From Desulfobacterales bacterium (GTDB taxonomy: Bacteria; Desulfobacterota; Desulfobacteria; Desulfobacterales; JAHEIW01), in contig JBFFCW010000001.1 in assembly GCA_041559695.1 (NCBI GenBank), positions 1 to 52,789 on the forward strand: a stretch of 52,789 bases of DNA, read 5' to 3'. This document shows positions 27,595-37,064 of the stretch, in pieces. A program made the position numbers and the translations under genes. The notes under the pieces are model-generated. The model ran no database searches. It was not told where the DNA came from and worked only from the letters and a program-made list of their open reading frames with translations. The stretch's first letter is position 1; every line of letters begins with the position of its first letter.

Positions 27595-27781
27595 TTATTA
27601 TCATGTAAAATATTTAAATCTCGGCTGTATTGCGCCCATAAAACGGGGGGTATAAAGCTGGGATTCAAAATATCACGACTGAATAATATAAAAGTGGCAC
27701 TAAGGAGGTGATAAAGCGCCGGCAAGGAAAAGCGTAATTAAACTTTAAATGGACTCAATTGTTGGCACGGAGGTGATTACA

Positions 27782-29089
27782 ATGAAAAAGAAAAAAATAT
27801 TTGGCCTTTCTGTCCGTATCCCGCTGTTATTGGCATTAATAGTGACTTTCTCTGTCGTCAGCGGCACGACCGCGCTATCGGCAGAAGATACGATTAACAT
27901 TGGTTTTCTGGCGGCTTTATCGGGACCCGACGCCGGATGGGGCCTGCCGGGACTTACCGGAAATCAGATCTTTATCGACAGGGTCAACGCCGAGGGGGGG
28001 CTTTTAGTCGGCGGGAAGCGATATAAGCTTAAGATGCATGCCTTCGACGATGAGGCAACCGGCAGTAAGGCCCTGCAGGGTGCCCGGCAACTGGTTTTGG
28101 AACATGACGTCAAATTTATCAGCGCCATTGGCGGGACTCCCGCTGACGCCACACACCCGTTTCTCACCAAGAAGAAGGTCTTCTACGCCACGCTGATATC
28201 GACGGACATCATGCCGGACAGACCATACTTGATCGGGGGCGGAGATGTGACCCCCAGAATCGATATGTTAAGGCCCTGGTATCACAAATTTAATAATCCC
28301 AAGTTAAAGAGATGGGCGGTCACTTCTCAAGACGAGACCATCGGCCGCACCTGTCAGGCCTGGGAGGTGGGATCAGCCATCGCTGAGGGCTGGGATGTCG
28401 TCTATGACAAGCATTTTTCTTTGGAGACCACCGATTTCGCTCCGGTGGTGACTGCCATTTTGGCCACCAAGCCCGACGTGGTCAGCCTGAACCTTACCTG
28501 GCCCGATTTTGTTACCCTGATCATCGAGCAGCTATACCTCCAGGGCTACAAGGGGATCATATCGGCCAACTATATCGACACGGAATCCGTTATGCAGAAG
28601 GTGCCGATCGAGTATATGGAGCTTACCAAAAGCGCCAACAGCTTTCCCCTGTTCGATGACCCCTGGTGGGGAGAGCAATCCTGGCAGCACGAGTTTATCA
28701 AAGAGTGGAATGCCAAATTCGGTCCGGGCGCCCCCCAGGATGTGAAACGTAAAATAACCGGGATCGACTGGGACCACGTGATCATGCTCATGGTGTGGGC
28801 CCATGGGGCCCAGCTGGCAGGCTCCTTTGACCCGGATGAGATCTTAAAAGCGCTGCGGGCGGCACCGATGATTCCCACCATTTTGGGACCGGCCGTGATG
28901 TACGGCAAAGAGATGTGGGGCATCGATAACATGGTATCGCCCCCTGTTCCGATCGCCGAGGTAAAGGCGGACTGCAAATGTAAGCGTATTCAAGCCCATA
29001 TTAAATTCGAAGAGTGGTTCGAATCGAGAAAGGATACGATCATCAAAGTGGTCAAAGAAAAAGGGCAGTACTTTGACCAGCGGAAATAA
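27782..29089 (+). CDS. Periplasmic substrate-binding protein, LIV/amide/urea family, with Sec signal
   Basis: MKKKKIFGLSVRIPLLLALIV signal after the GGAGGTGA RBS. INIGFLAALSGPDAGWGLPG. Paralogue of the 19691 gene. Confidence 0.8.
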   Translation: MKKKKIFGLSVRIPLLLALIVTFSVVSGTTALSAEDTINIGFLAALSGPDAGWGLPGLTGNQIFIDRVNAEGGLLVGGKRYKLKMHAFDDEATGSKALQGARQLVLEHDVKFISAIGGTPADATHPFLTKKKVFYATLISTDIMPDRPYLIGGGDVTPRIDMLRPWYHKFNNPKLKRWAVTSQDETIGRTCQAWEVGSAIAEGWDVVYDKHFSLETTDFAPVVTAILATKPDVVSLNLTWPDFVTLIIEQLYLQGYKGIISANYIDTESVMQKVPIEYMELTKSANSFPLFDDPWWGEQSWQHEFIKEWNAKFGPGAPQDVKRKITGIDWDHVIMLMVWAHGAQLAGSFDPDEILKALRAAPMIPTILGPAVMYGKEMWGIDNMVSPPVPIAEVKADCKCKRIQAHIKFEEWFESRKDTIIKVVKEKGQYFDQRK

Positions 29090-29099
29090 CAGGGAAAAT

Positions 29100-29129
29100 A
29101 CAAGGGGCGGCATCTTTGTCGTCCCTTGT
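29100..29129 (+). terminator. Attenuator or terminator hairpin after the substrate-binding protein gene
   Basis: ACAAGGG..CCCTTGT stem followed by TTTTG. It occupies the same position as the hairpin in importer 1. Confidence 0.4.
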
Positions 29130-29176
29130 TTTGTAACAATACAGTCGAGAATCGATCTTAAAGAGCAGAGAAAAAT

Positions 29177-30046
29177 ATGGAACTGGCAACTTTTATACAA
29201 ACGATAGCGAATTCCGTGGTCGCAGGATCCATTTACGCCACCGTCGCCGTGGGATTGGCCTTGGCTTTTGGGGTCATGCAAATGGCCAATCACGCCCACG
29301 GCGAGTTCTTCATGTTAGGGGCCTATGTGGTATACGTATTCTACGCTTTGGGTGGGATGCCTTTCCCTTTCGCCGTACTATTGGCCATTCCAACGATTGC
29401 CGTTATTGGTTTATTGACCGAGCGATTAATTTTCCGGCCCACCAGGGGAAATGTTCTGGCCGGGTTTATGGCAACGGCCGGGTTAACCTGGATTTTACAG
29501 GTAGCCGCGGGGCGGATTTGGGGGTTGGCTTTTATGAAAAAAATACCCACACCGTACATGGGCGCAGCAACCATTGCCGGCGCCCAGATCGGTCTGCAAA
29601 GAGTTATCATCATACCGGCTGCCTGCATCCTGCTCGGGCTGCTTTGGTTCTTCCTGTATCGGGTTAAGCTAGGCAAGGGGCTGCGCGCCTGCGCCCAAGA
29701 TCCGGAAGCCGCTGCGTTGCAAGGGATCAGCATTAACAAGATGACGGCCCTTGCCATGGGCATCGCCGGGGCATATGCCGGAGTGGCCGGAGCCCTCATG
29801 GCACCCATCCATGCCGTTACCCCCTATATGGGCCGCGATCTTCTGATTACCGCTTTTATCGTCGTCATCGTAGGGGGGATGGCAAGCATCGAGGGCGCTG
29901 TTTTAGCCGCTTTTCTTTTAGGCTTTATACACACCTTTATCACCACCATATTCGATGCAACGTCGGGTGTTATGGTCGGCGTTGCGTTTATGGCTTTTAT
30001 CTTAATCGTAAAACCAACGGGGTTAATGGGCCGTGTCAAAGCATAA
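29177..30046 (+). CDS. ABC permease, LivH type
   Basis: Paralogue of 21069-21938 (HAHGEFFMLGAY, AAALQGISIN). Confidence 0.8.
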   Translation: MELATFIQTIANSVVAGSIYATVAVGLALAFGVMQMANHAHGEFFMLGAYVVYVFYALGGMPFPFAVLLAIPTIAVIGLLTERLIFRPTRGNVLAGFMATAGLTWILQVAAGRIWGLAFMKKIPTPYMGAATIAGAQIGLQRVIIIPAACILLGLLWFFLYRVKLGKGLRACAQDPEAAALQGISINKMTALAMGIAGAYAGVAGALMAPIHAVTPYMGRDLLITAFIVVIVGGMASIEGAVLAAFLLGFIHTFITTIFDATSGVMVGVAFMAFILIVKPTGLMGRVKA

Positions 30047-31034
30047 GGTATTATCAATAATCGGTGTAACGGCATTGCTTGGCGTCATGAGTGTCCTGCC
30101 GTTTTTTGCCAGAGAATACCATGTTGAAATTCTGATCATATTCCTGATTAACGTCATCCTCGCGACAAGCTACCGGCTGATCGCTACAACCGGAGACTGG
30201 ACGCTTTGCCATGTGGTTTTGTTGGGTGTGGGCGCTTACGCCAGTGCCCTCATGGCCAAGCATTTTGGTTGGCCCTTTTGGATGACCGCGCCACTGGCAG
30301 GCGCAACTGCAGGACTGGTTGGTTTGGGAATTGTGTATCCGCTGCTGAGGACCGTGGGTTTCGGCTTTTTTATTGCGTCTTTAGCTATCGGGGAATTCAT
30401 CAGACTCATCTGGATCAAGTTCCACACTCCTTTCGGAGGTCCCCGCGGTATGATAAACATTCCCTATGTGGGCGAATTAGGACCGATCGATTTCTATGAA
30501 GCCATCCCTTACTATTTTATGACGCTGGTGATCACCTTGGTGTGCGTGATCATTATGTATCGAATTGACAGATCGCGCATCGGGGATACCTTCAAATCGA
30601 TTTATGAGGACGATATTTTGGCAGCGTCTATCGGCATCAGGGTCGGGCGATACAGAAGTTTGGCTTTTGTCCTCGGCTCTTTTTTCGCCGGAATCGCCGG
30701 TGCTCTCATGGCGCATCGGCTCAATGCCATAGACCCGCATATCTTTGGCCTGGATGAAATGGTGTATCTCCTTGTTTGGGTGGTTGCAGGGGGCACGGCC
30801 ACCTTTGCAGGTCCTATCATCGGGGTTGCCGTGATGAGTTTTCTCTTTGAATGGACGCGTCCGCTGCTGGAATGGCGGCCCTTATTCTTTGGCGCTATCT
30901 TGATCGGGTTTTTGATATTTATGCCGGGCGGGCTCGAGAGTTTGATTCCGAAATTTACACGCCTGTTTGGAAACCGAAATGCGGTGCCGGCGAAGGCCGA
31001 GCAGCCCGCAGGAGCAAAAGAGCCCGTTGTTTAA
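30033..31034 (+). CDS. ABC permease, LivM type
   Basis: The GTG start overlaps the end of livH by 14 nt. Paralogue of 22198-23184. Confidence 0.8.
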   Translation: MSKHKVLSIIGVTALLGVMSVLPFFAREYHVEILIIFLINVILATSYRLIATTGDWTLCHVVLLGVGAYASALMAKHFGWPFWMTAPLAGATAGLVGLGIVYPLLRTVGFGFFIASLAIGEFIRLIWIKFHTPFGGPRGMINIPYVGELGPIDFYEAIPYYFMTLVITLVCVIIMYRIDRSRIGDTFKSIYEDDILAASIGIRVGRYRSLAFVLGSFFAGIAGALMAHRLNAIDPHIFGLDEMVYLLVWVVAGGTATFAGPIIGVAVMSFLFEWTRPLLEWRPLFFGAILIGFLIFMPGGLESLIPKFTRLFGNRNAVPAKAEQPAGAKEPVV

Positions 31035-31184
31035 AACCCATGACGACCAGGGGCTTCCTGTAAGCCTTGGAGGCGCGCCGCGTATGAATTGAACGCTTTG
31101 GGCAGCAACGCTGTCCGGAAAAAGCGGTGTTGTCTGACTTGAGATCATTGTTCTATTTCAGATAAGAAGGGGGAAAAAGCGCTT

Positions 31185-31979
31185 ATGGCAATGTTCGAGG
31201 TGAAAAGTTTAAGCAAAAATTTCGGAGGGTTGACGGCTATAAGCGAGCTGGATCTGGAAGTGGAGGCGAGCGAGATCAGAGGCGTCATCGGACCGAATGG
31301 GGCGGGGAAAACAACCCTATTTAACGTTATCAGCGGGGTTTATCGGCCCACCAAAGGAAAAATAATATACCAGGAAGAAGAATTATCCGGCCTCAAAGCA
31401 AGTCAAATAGCGGAAAAAGGCGTTGTGCGAACTTTTCAGAGAACGGCCCTTTTCCATAAATTCACTGTTCTGGGCAATGTGCTGGTGGCCCGCCATTTAC
31501 AGGCCAAGGGAGGGCTTTTCAAGACCATATTCGGAACAAACCGGCGCATTGAACAAGCACATGAGAAGAAGGCCATGGAAATCATCGACTTTATGGGCCT
31601 GTCGGACCTCAAGGACGAACTGGCCTATAACCTGCCGCATGGCCATCAAAGGGCATTGGGTATTGCCATTGCGCTGGCTGCTGAGCCCAAACTGCTCATG
31701 TTGGATGAACCAGTTACCGGCATGGATCCCACGGAAACGCATCACATGACAGGCTTAATCAAAAAGGTGCGTGATCAATGGGGAATGACGATTTTACTGG
31801 TAGAGCATGATATGAAGGTGGTGATGGGCATCTGCGATAAGATAAGCGTTCTGAATTTCGGGAAAAAACTGGCCGAAGGTCTACCTGAAGAAATACAGGC
31901 GCACCCGGACGTTATCGAGGCCTATCTGGGCGGAGAAGAGGTTGCGACCTTATTGGGCGGAGAAGCGGTTGCGGCCTAA
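31185..31979 (+). CDS. ABC ATPase, LivG type, with a C-terminal extension created by a 22-nt tandem duplication
   Basis: GPNGAGKTT and LLMLDEP. The 3' end carries GGGCGGAGAAGAGGTTGCGACC (31928-31949) and GGGCGGAGAAGCGGTTGCGGCC (31955-31976). Confidence 0.85.
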   Translation: MAMFEVKSLSKNFGGLTAISELDLEVEASEIRGVIGPNGAGKTTLFNVISGVYRPTKGKIIYQEEELSGLKASQIAEKGVVRTFQRTALFHKFTVLGNVLVARHLQAKGGLFKTIFGTNRRIEQAHEKKAMEIIDFMGLSDLKDELAYNLPHGHQRALGIAIALAAEPKLLMLDEPVTGMDPTETHHMTGLIKKVRDQWGMTILLVEHDMKVVMGICDKISVLNFGKKLAEGLPEEIQAHPDVIEAYLGGEEVATLLGGEAVAA

Positions 31980-31995
31980 CGAAGAGGGGGAAAAA

Positions 31996-32703
31996 TTGCT
32001 GCTCAATGTCAAAGACATTACCGTTCATTATAAAAAGGTGGACGCTATTCGTAACATCTCCATTGAAGTGGAACAGGGCGAAATCGTTACCCTTATCGGT
32101 TCCAACGGGGCCGGCAAGACGACCACTTTAAGAACCATTTCAGGGCTCAGTCATCCGACAACCGGCGAAATCTGGTTTGAGGGTCAGCGCATCGACAAAA
32201 AGCCTCCGGAAAAAATAAACAAAGCCGGAATTGCTCAAGTCCCGGAAAACAGAAGAGTTTTTCCCTATATGACGGTTGCGGAAAACCTGGAAATGGGAGC
32301 TTTTCTGCGTAAAGATGAAGAAGGGATGAATCGGGACCTGGAAGGGGTTTTCAAGCATTTTCCCATACTGAAGTTACGTCAGAAGCAGATGGCGGGCACA
32401 ATGAGCGGCGGTGAACAGCAGATGCTGGCCATGGGCCGCGCCCTGATGTCCAATCCGAAACTGCTGCTATTAGATGAACCTTCATTGGGTTTGTCCCCGA
32501 TTATGTGCCTTGAAATCGCCAAAATCATAAGGGACATTCACAACGAAGGCAACACAATTGTCCTGGTGGAGCAAAATGCCCGTCTTGCACTGGCTCTGGC
32601 CCAGAAGGGCTACGTCCTGGAAACCGGGAATATCGTCCTGAAAGGTGATGCAAAAGAGTTACGTGACAATGAGAAGGTGAAGAATGCTTATTTGGGTGGC
32701 TGA
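31996..32703 (+). CDS. ABC ATPase, LivF type
   Basis: A TTG start after GAGGGGGA is preferred, by analogy with the N-terminus of 24107 (LLL..DI.VHY). GSNGAGKTT and MSGGEQQMLAMGRAL. Confidence 0.8.
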   Translation: MLLNVKDITVHYKKVDAIRNISIEVEQGEIVTLIGSNGAGKTTTLRTISGLSHPTTGEIWFEGQRIDKKPPEKINKAGIAQVPENRRVFPYMTVAENLEMGAFLRKDEEGMNRDLEGVFKHFPILKLRQKQMAGTMSGGEQQMLAMGRALMSNPKLLLLDEPSLGLSPIMCLEIAKIIRDIHNEGNTIVLVEQNARLALALAQKGYVLETGNIVLKGDAKELRDNEKVKNAYLGG

Positions 32704-32729
32704 CCGCACAAAAGGAGGCAAAAAAAACG

Positions 32730-33230
32730 ATGGCAACGGAAAGCACCTTGAAAGACAAGACCGTCCTGATTGTCGATGACGAGCCTGATGTGCTTGAGGT
32801 GGTGGCAGAGGAACTGGACATGTGCCTGGTTCACAAGGCCCAGGATTACAAAACCGCCCTGCAATATCTCGCCAGCTACAACTATGATATTGTCATCCTG
32901 GATATTATGGGGGTTAACGGTTTTGAACTTTTAAAAGAAGCCGTATCCAGGGGGTTTCCTGCCGTCATGCTCACTGCTTATGCTGTTTCACCGGAATCGT
33001 TGAAAAAATCCATTAAGCTCGGCGCCGTTTCTTTCCTTCCCAAGGACAAAATTGTGGAGCTCAGTTCATTTCTTGAAGATGTGGTCCTGGGTGGCGGCAA
33101 GCCGGTCTGGCATAAGGTTTTTGATAAATTAGGCGGATATTTTAAAAAACGATTCGGCCCCGATTGGGAAGAAAAAGACCAATTTTTCAAGGAATTTCAA
33201 GAAGCGTTTACAAAGAGCAAAGGTGACTAA
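32730..33230 (+). CDS. Single-domain receiver protein, paralogue of 25650-26153
   Basis: VLIVDDEPDVLE..DIVILDIMGVNGFELL, then GKPVWHKVFDKLGGYFKKRFGPDWEEKDQFFKEF. Confidence 0.75.
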   Translation: MATESTLKDKTVLIVDDEPDVLEVVAEELDMCLVHKAQDYKTALQYLASYNYDIVILDIMGVNGFELLKEAVSRGFPAVMLTAYAVSPESLKKSIKLGAVSFLPKDKIVELSSFLEDVVLGGGKPVWHKVFDKLGGYFKKRFGPDWEEKDQFFKEFQEAFTKSKGD

Positions 33231-35581
33231 TCCTGCGGGCTTTTAGGCGCGGGTGAAAAGTAAATTGAAAAAGCCGTTCCGCCTGAGCCATAACAATCCT
33301 CCTGTCTTTTGCAATGGGTGCACTCGCTGATATTGTCCGGGCAAATATCACTTTCCTGCGGTATGTATCCACATCGCGAGGTGTCCACGTCTATTTTAAA
33401 ATGATAGCGCTCCGAAAAGATTTTCATCCGCAACAGATCCACCCCTTTGCCTCCGGCACTGAAGTCAAAGGGGGTTTTGGTTGAATAGGCCATGGTATCG
33501 TGGGTTGTAAAAAAGCCCTCAAATATCCGTTTTTTGTTTTCTTGCGTAACGCCGACACCGTAATCACGAACCACAAGCGCAGTGCCCTGCCTTTTTTTTT
33601 GGACACTCACCTCCACCTTCCCCTCATCCGGCGTGTTTTCCACGGCATTGCGAATCAGACCATCAACGATCTTTTGCAGAACATATACCGGAATGCATAT
33701 GGCCGGCGCCGGCTCCAGCCGGCTGATGATGTTCATCTGGCGGTGGGAAAAGGACGGGCTCAAATGCTCGAGCCTTTGCTTGACAAATTCATTCAGCAGA
33801 ATGTTTATCGAAACAAAATCACTGGAACCATATATGGCGTCAATCCGGTTTCTTACACGCTTTAAAATCGGCTGCTCACCGCCTTCGTCGGTGAGCAGCG
33901 CATCCAGTTCATCGATGCACTGATCGAGTATGTTCGAAAGAACCTGATGATGGGTGTTATACTGCTTATTTCGCATGATGTCTTCCACAACGTATTGAAT
34001 CTCCATAATGCGATTCAGATTCCGTCGGGCCCTTTCCATTACGGCGGTCCAATCCTTCGGGGGCAGCGCCGCCATTTTTTTTGCCAGAGAGCGCAGGGAA
34101 AGGGAAAGGACGGAGACCGGGGTTTTCAATTCATGCGATAAGTGACTGATAACCTTGTCTTTGGCCCGATTCAAACTCATGACTTCCCGGTGGGCTTGCT
34201 TTATTTCCTCGGAAAACCTGGCGTTCTCAATGGAAAGGGCGACGGTTCCCGATATCATACTCAACAGCTCAATATCGGTTTGATCAAAGACCCCTTCCTT
34301 CTTGTTGATGGCGCATAACACCCCGATCGTGCGATCGCTGCTTTTTAAAGGCACCTCAAGAAGGTTCCGGGTATGGTATCCGAATTGCTTGTCTCTTTCG
34401 GGATAAAGATCGGGGTCCTTGGAGGCATCGGGCACAATAATCGGCTCACCGGTCTGAATGACCTTTCCCGCGACGATTTGATCCATATGAAAACGCGTTT
34501 CCTTGACCCTTTTTTGGGTGGTCATATCATCATAAGCCGCACCGGGAAAATAAAGCTCCTGACGCTTTTCATCCAGCAATATAACAAGGGCGCCTTCGGA
34601 GCCCAGGAGCCGCTTGACCTCGCTGCTGATAAAATCCAAAAGGCCTTCCAGATCAGGATGTTCCGGAAGTGCCATGCTGATCCGGCGCATCACCCCCTTG
34701 TTTCGCGCAATACCCTTTTCCAGGGTGATATCTCTGAGGATAATGAGCGCTCCAGCCGGTTCGCCTTTGGACTCGGTATAGACAACACCCCTGGTCACGA
34801 CGTCCAGAATCCGACCATCTTTTGTCATCCGTTTGGTTTCATACGGAAAGAGCCCGCCTTCTTCGAGGAGTCTCCGGAAGCTTTCACCGGCTTCCAACTC
34901 AATTTCCGGGGATCCATAGGGGAGTTTCTTTCCCTTTAGTTCCTCAATGGTCCAGCCGAAAAGTTTTGTGAAGGATGGGTTCAGATAGGAAACCCGGCCG
35001 TCCAGGTTAAATACCACAATCGGGCTGGGAACCACATCCAACAAAGCCCTGAATCGTTTCTCCGACTCGCGCAGGGCCTCCTCGGCAAGCGTCCGCTCGG
35101 TGATATCGGTGATGAAACCCTCTAAGGCCAGCAGGTCGCCGTTCTCCACAAACACCCCTTGACCCTGTTCCCAGACCCATTTTTCCCGACCTGAAGCCGT
35201 TTGGATGCGGTATACCATCCGGAAGGGCTGACGTTTCGCCAGGGCTTTCTGTACCTGCTTCCAGGCAGACTGACGATCATCGGGATGGATCAACTCACTG
35301 TAAGAAAGCGTCCGATTTCCAATCAGCTCCGAAGGGGCATAACCGGTCAGCTCATAGCACCCCTCGCTAATGAATTCCATGGTCCAGTTTTCATCGTTCA
35401 GACAGCGATAAGCCATGCCCGGCAGATTGCCGATCAGTGTGGACAGCACCCGTTGGCTCTCATGCAGCGATTCCTGGGTTTGAGCATGCTTGATTTCACA
35501 GGCTTCCAACTCGGATATCCGCCGACGCAATTCGGTCAGCTCATTTTCGAGTTGTTCTTTGGATTTATTTTCCTTTTTCAT
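33227..35581 (-). CDS. Sensor histidine kinase (coiled coil, two PAS domains, GAF, HisKA, HATPase, Cys-rich tail)
   Basis: H-box ISHLSHELKTP and ATPase DYGVGV. The tail reads CPDNISECTHCKRQEDC. No transmembrane segment. It converges on the 32730 receiver gene with a 4-nt overlap. Confidence 0.8.
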   Translation of the reverse strand: MKKENKSKEQLENELTELRRRISELEACEIKHAQTQESLHESQRVLSTLIGNLPGMAYRCLNDENWTMEFISEGCYELTGYAPSELIGNRTLSYSELIHPDDRQSAWKQVQKALAKRQPFRMVYRIQTASGREKWVWEQGQGVFVENGDLLALEGFITDITERTLAEEALRESEKRFRALLDVVPSPIVVFNLDGRVSYLNPSFTKLFGWTIEELKGKKLPYGSPEIELEAGESFRRLLEEGGLFPYETKRMTKDGRILDVVTRGVVYTESKGEPAGALIILRDITLEKGIARNKGVMRRISMALPEHPDLEGLLDFISSEVKRLLGSEGALVILLDEKRQELYFPGAAYDDMTTQKRVKETRFHMDQIVAGKVIQTGEPIIVPDASKDPDLYPERDKQFGYHTRNLLEVPLKSSDRTIGVLCAINKKEGVFDQTDIELLSMISGTVALSIENARFSEEIKQAHREVMSLNRAKDKVISHLSHELKTPVSVLSLSLRSLAKKMAALPPKDWTAVMERARRNLNRIMEIQYVVEDIMRNKQYNTHHQVLSNILDQCIDELDALLTDEGGEQPILKRVRNRIDAIYGSSDFVSINILLNEFVKQRLEHLSPSFSHRQMNIISRLEPAPAICIPVYVLQKIVDGLIRNAVENTPDEGKVEVSVQKKRQGTALVVRDYGVGVTQENKKRIFEGFFTTHDTMAYSTKTPFDFSAGGKGVDLLRMKIFSERYHFKIDVDTSRCGYIPQESDICPDNISECTHCKRQEDCYGSGGTAFSIYFSPAPKSPQD

Positions 35582-35716
35582 TTGGCCGCACCCATATGAG
35601 CGATCATATTACCATAAACAAAGTGCAATTATAATTATTCTACCCAACATTCTCAACCCCAAAACCGTTGCACTCCTGATAATCCGTAAAAATGCCTTTT
35701 GTAGCGTCAATTAAAC

Positions 35717-35766
35717 TGAAAATAGTCCTGCGTGCTAATAAAAATCATCCATCGGACCATTGAAAT
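35717..35766 (+). promoter_or_regulatory. Conserved operator/promoter box, copy D, upstream of the mtrH-like operon
   Basis: TGAAAATAGTCC-N12-AAAATCATCCATCGGACCATTGAAAT. TTGAAA, then 17 bp, then TATACG (35783-35788). Confidence 0.55.
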
Positions 35767-36017
35767 CATTTTGGATATTGTTTATACGGTCAACTATAAA
35801 AAGCATCACAATCATTTGCATTCCTTTTGGAGCGCATTGTTAATTTCAAAGCGATCGAGGGCGGTAAAAATTGGTCAGTCGCTGGCTATTTATACGCACT
35901 GATTTAAGCCGTTCAGCATACGTTTGTCAGGGGCGGAATTTCCCTCGAATTCCAATTTTTTGGTTCGCTCTACGAAGGAAATTCATATAATTCTTAAACA
36001 TTAGGGGAGGTTAAATC

Positions 36018-36968
36018 ATGTTTAAATTTGAAACCGAGCAAAAAGTTTGTGAGGTAGGCGGAGTGAAGTTTGGCGGGCAACCCGGAGAGTACCCCACGGC
36101 GGTTTGCGCTTCCATCTTCCAAAAAGGGGATAAAGTTTTCACCGGAAAGCGTAAGGAGGGGTTCGACGAAAAGCGGGCTGAGGAACTGCTCAAAACCCAG
36201 GATCGCTTGACGGAAGAAACCGGCATCCCGGGCATGGCCGACATCGTGGCCAATACGGGACAGGAATTTGAAACATTTATTGATTTTGTTGCCTCTGCCA
36301 GCGATATGCCGTTTTGCATCGATGCCTGGGTGATGAAGCCTAAATTGGCAGGCGCAGCCTACTGCGCGGAAAAGGGCCTTTTGGACCGCATGTTTTACAA
36401 CAGCCTGACCGTATGGGAAAAAGATCTGGAAACGGAAATCCGCGAAATATCTCAAATTGGTGTCAAGCACGTGCTTTTGGTGGCCTTTGACCAGGAAGAT
36501 CAATTGCCCAGCGGCCGCATTACCGGAACCCAAAAGCTTTTAGACGCCATCGAGAAGGTCGGCGCCGAGTTTGAAAGCATTTTTGTCGACACCTCCGTGA
36601 TGAATGGCCCGGCCACAGCCTTTTGCGGTATTGCAAACCGGATGATCAAGGAGAAATGGGGATTTCCAGGGGCCAGTGCGCCAAGCAACGGCTCCTATAT
36701 GTGGAAAAAAGCCCAGGAGTTATGGGGTTTCAAAGGCTGGGCTGCTGCCGATGCCGGCCTGGAGGCTCTTTCTGCTTTCATGTACCACGACATGATATTC
36801 TCCGGGCCCATGGCCGGAGCAACAAGGATCTTTCCGGCCGTAGCGATGGCCGACGCCTTTTTGGCCACCGCAGCGTTCGCCGAGACAAAGGAATTTCCCA
36901 AAGATCAAAATCACCCGTTGTATAAGTTGTTCCCGGAGTTTGTTGAACAGCTTAAAACCATTGGATAA
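36018..36968 (+). CDS. MtrH-family methyltransferase (probable methylcorrinoid:pterin methyltransferase)
   Basis: MFKFETEQKVCEVGGVKFGGQPGEYPTAV matches the archaeal MtrH N-terminus MFKFDKEQMVIDFAGAKFGGQPGEYPTAL. FPAVAMADAF is also conserved. Confidence 0.8.
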   Translation: MFKFETEQKVCEVGGVKFGGQPGEYPTAVCASIFQKGDKVFTGKRKEGFDEKRAEELLKTQDRLTEETGIPGMADIVANTGQEFETFIDFVASASDMPFCIDAWVMKPKLAGAAYCAEKGLLDRMFYNSLTVWEKDLETEIREISQIGVKHVLLVAFDQEDQLPSGRITGTQKLLDAIEKVGAEFESIFVDTSVMNGPATAFCGIANRMIKEKWGFPGASAPSNGSYMWKKAQELWGFKGWAAADAGLEALSAFMYHDMIFSGPMAGATRIFPAVAMADAFLATAAFAETKEFPKDQNHPLYKLFPEFVEQLKTIG

Positions 36969-37064
36969 GTCTCTGATTATTTCTGAGAATCAGATTGTCG
37001 GATAAGATTCGAGAAAACAATACAACAATAATCAAGTGCGACTAAATGTATAAGGAGGTTAAAA

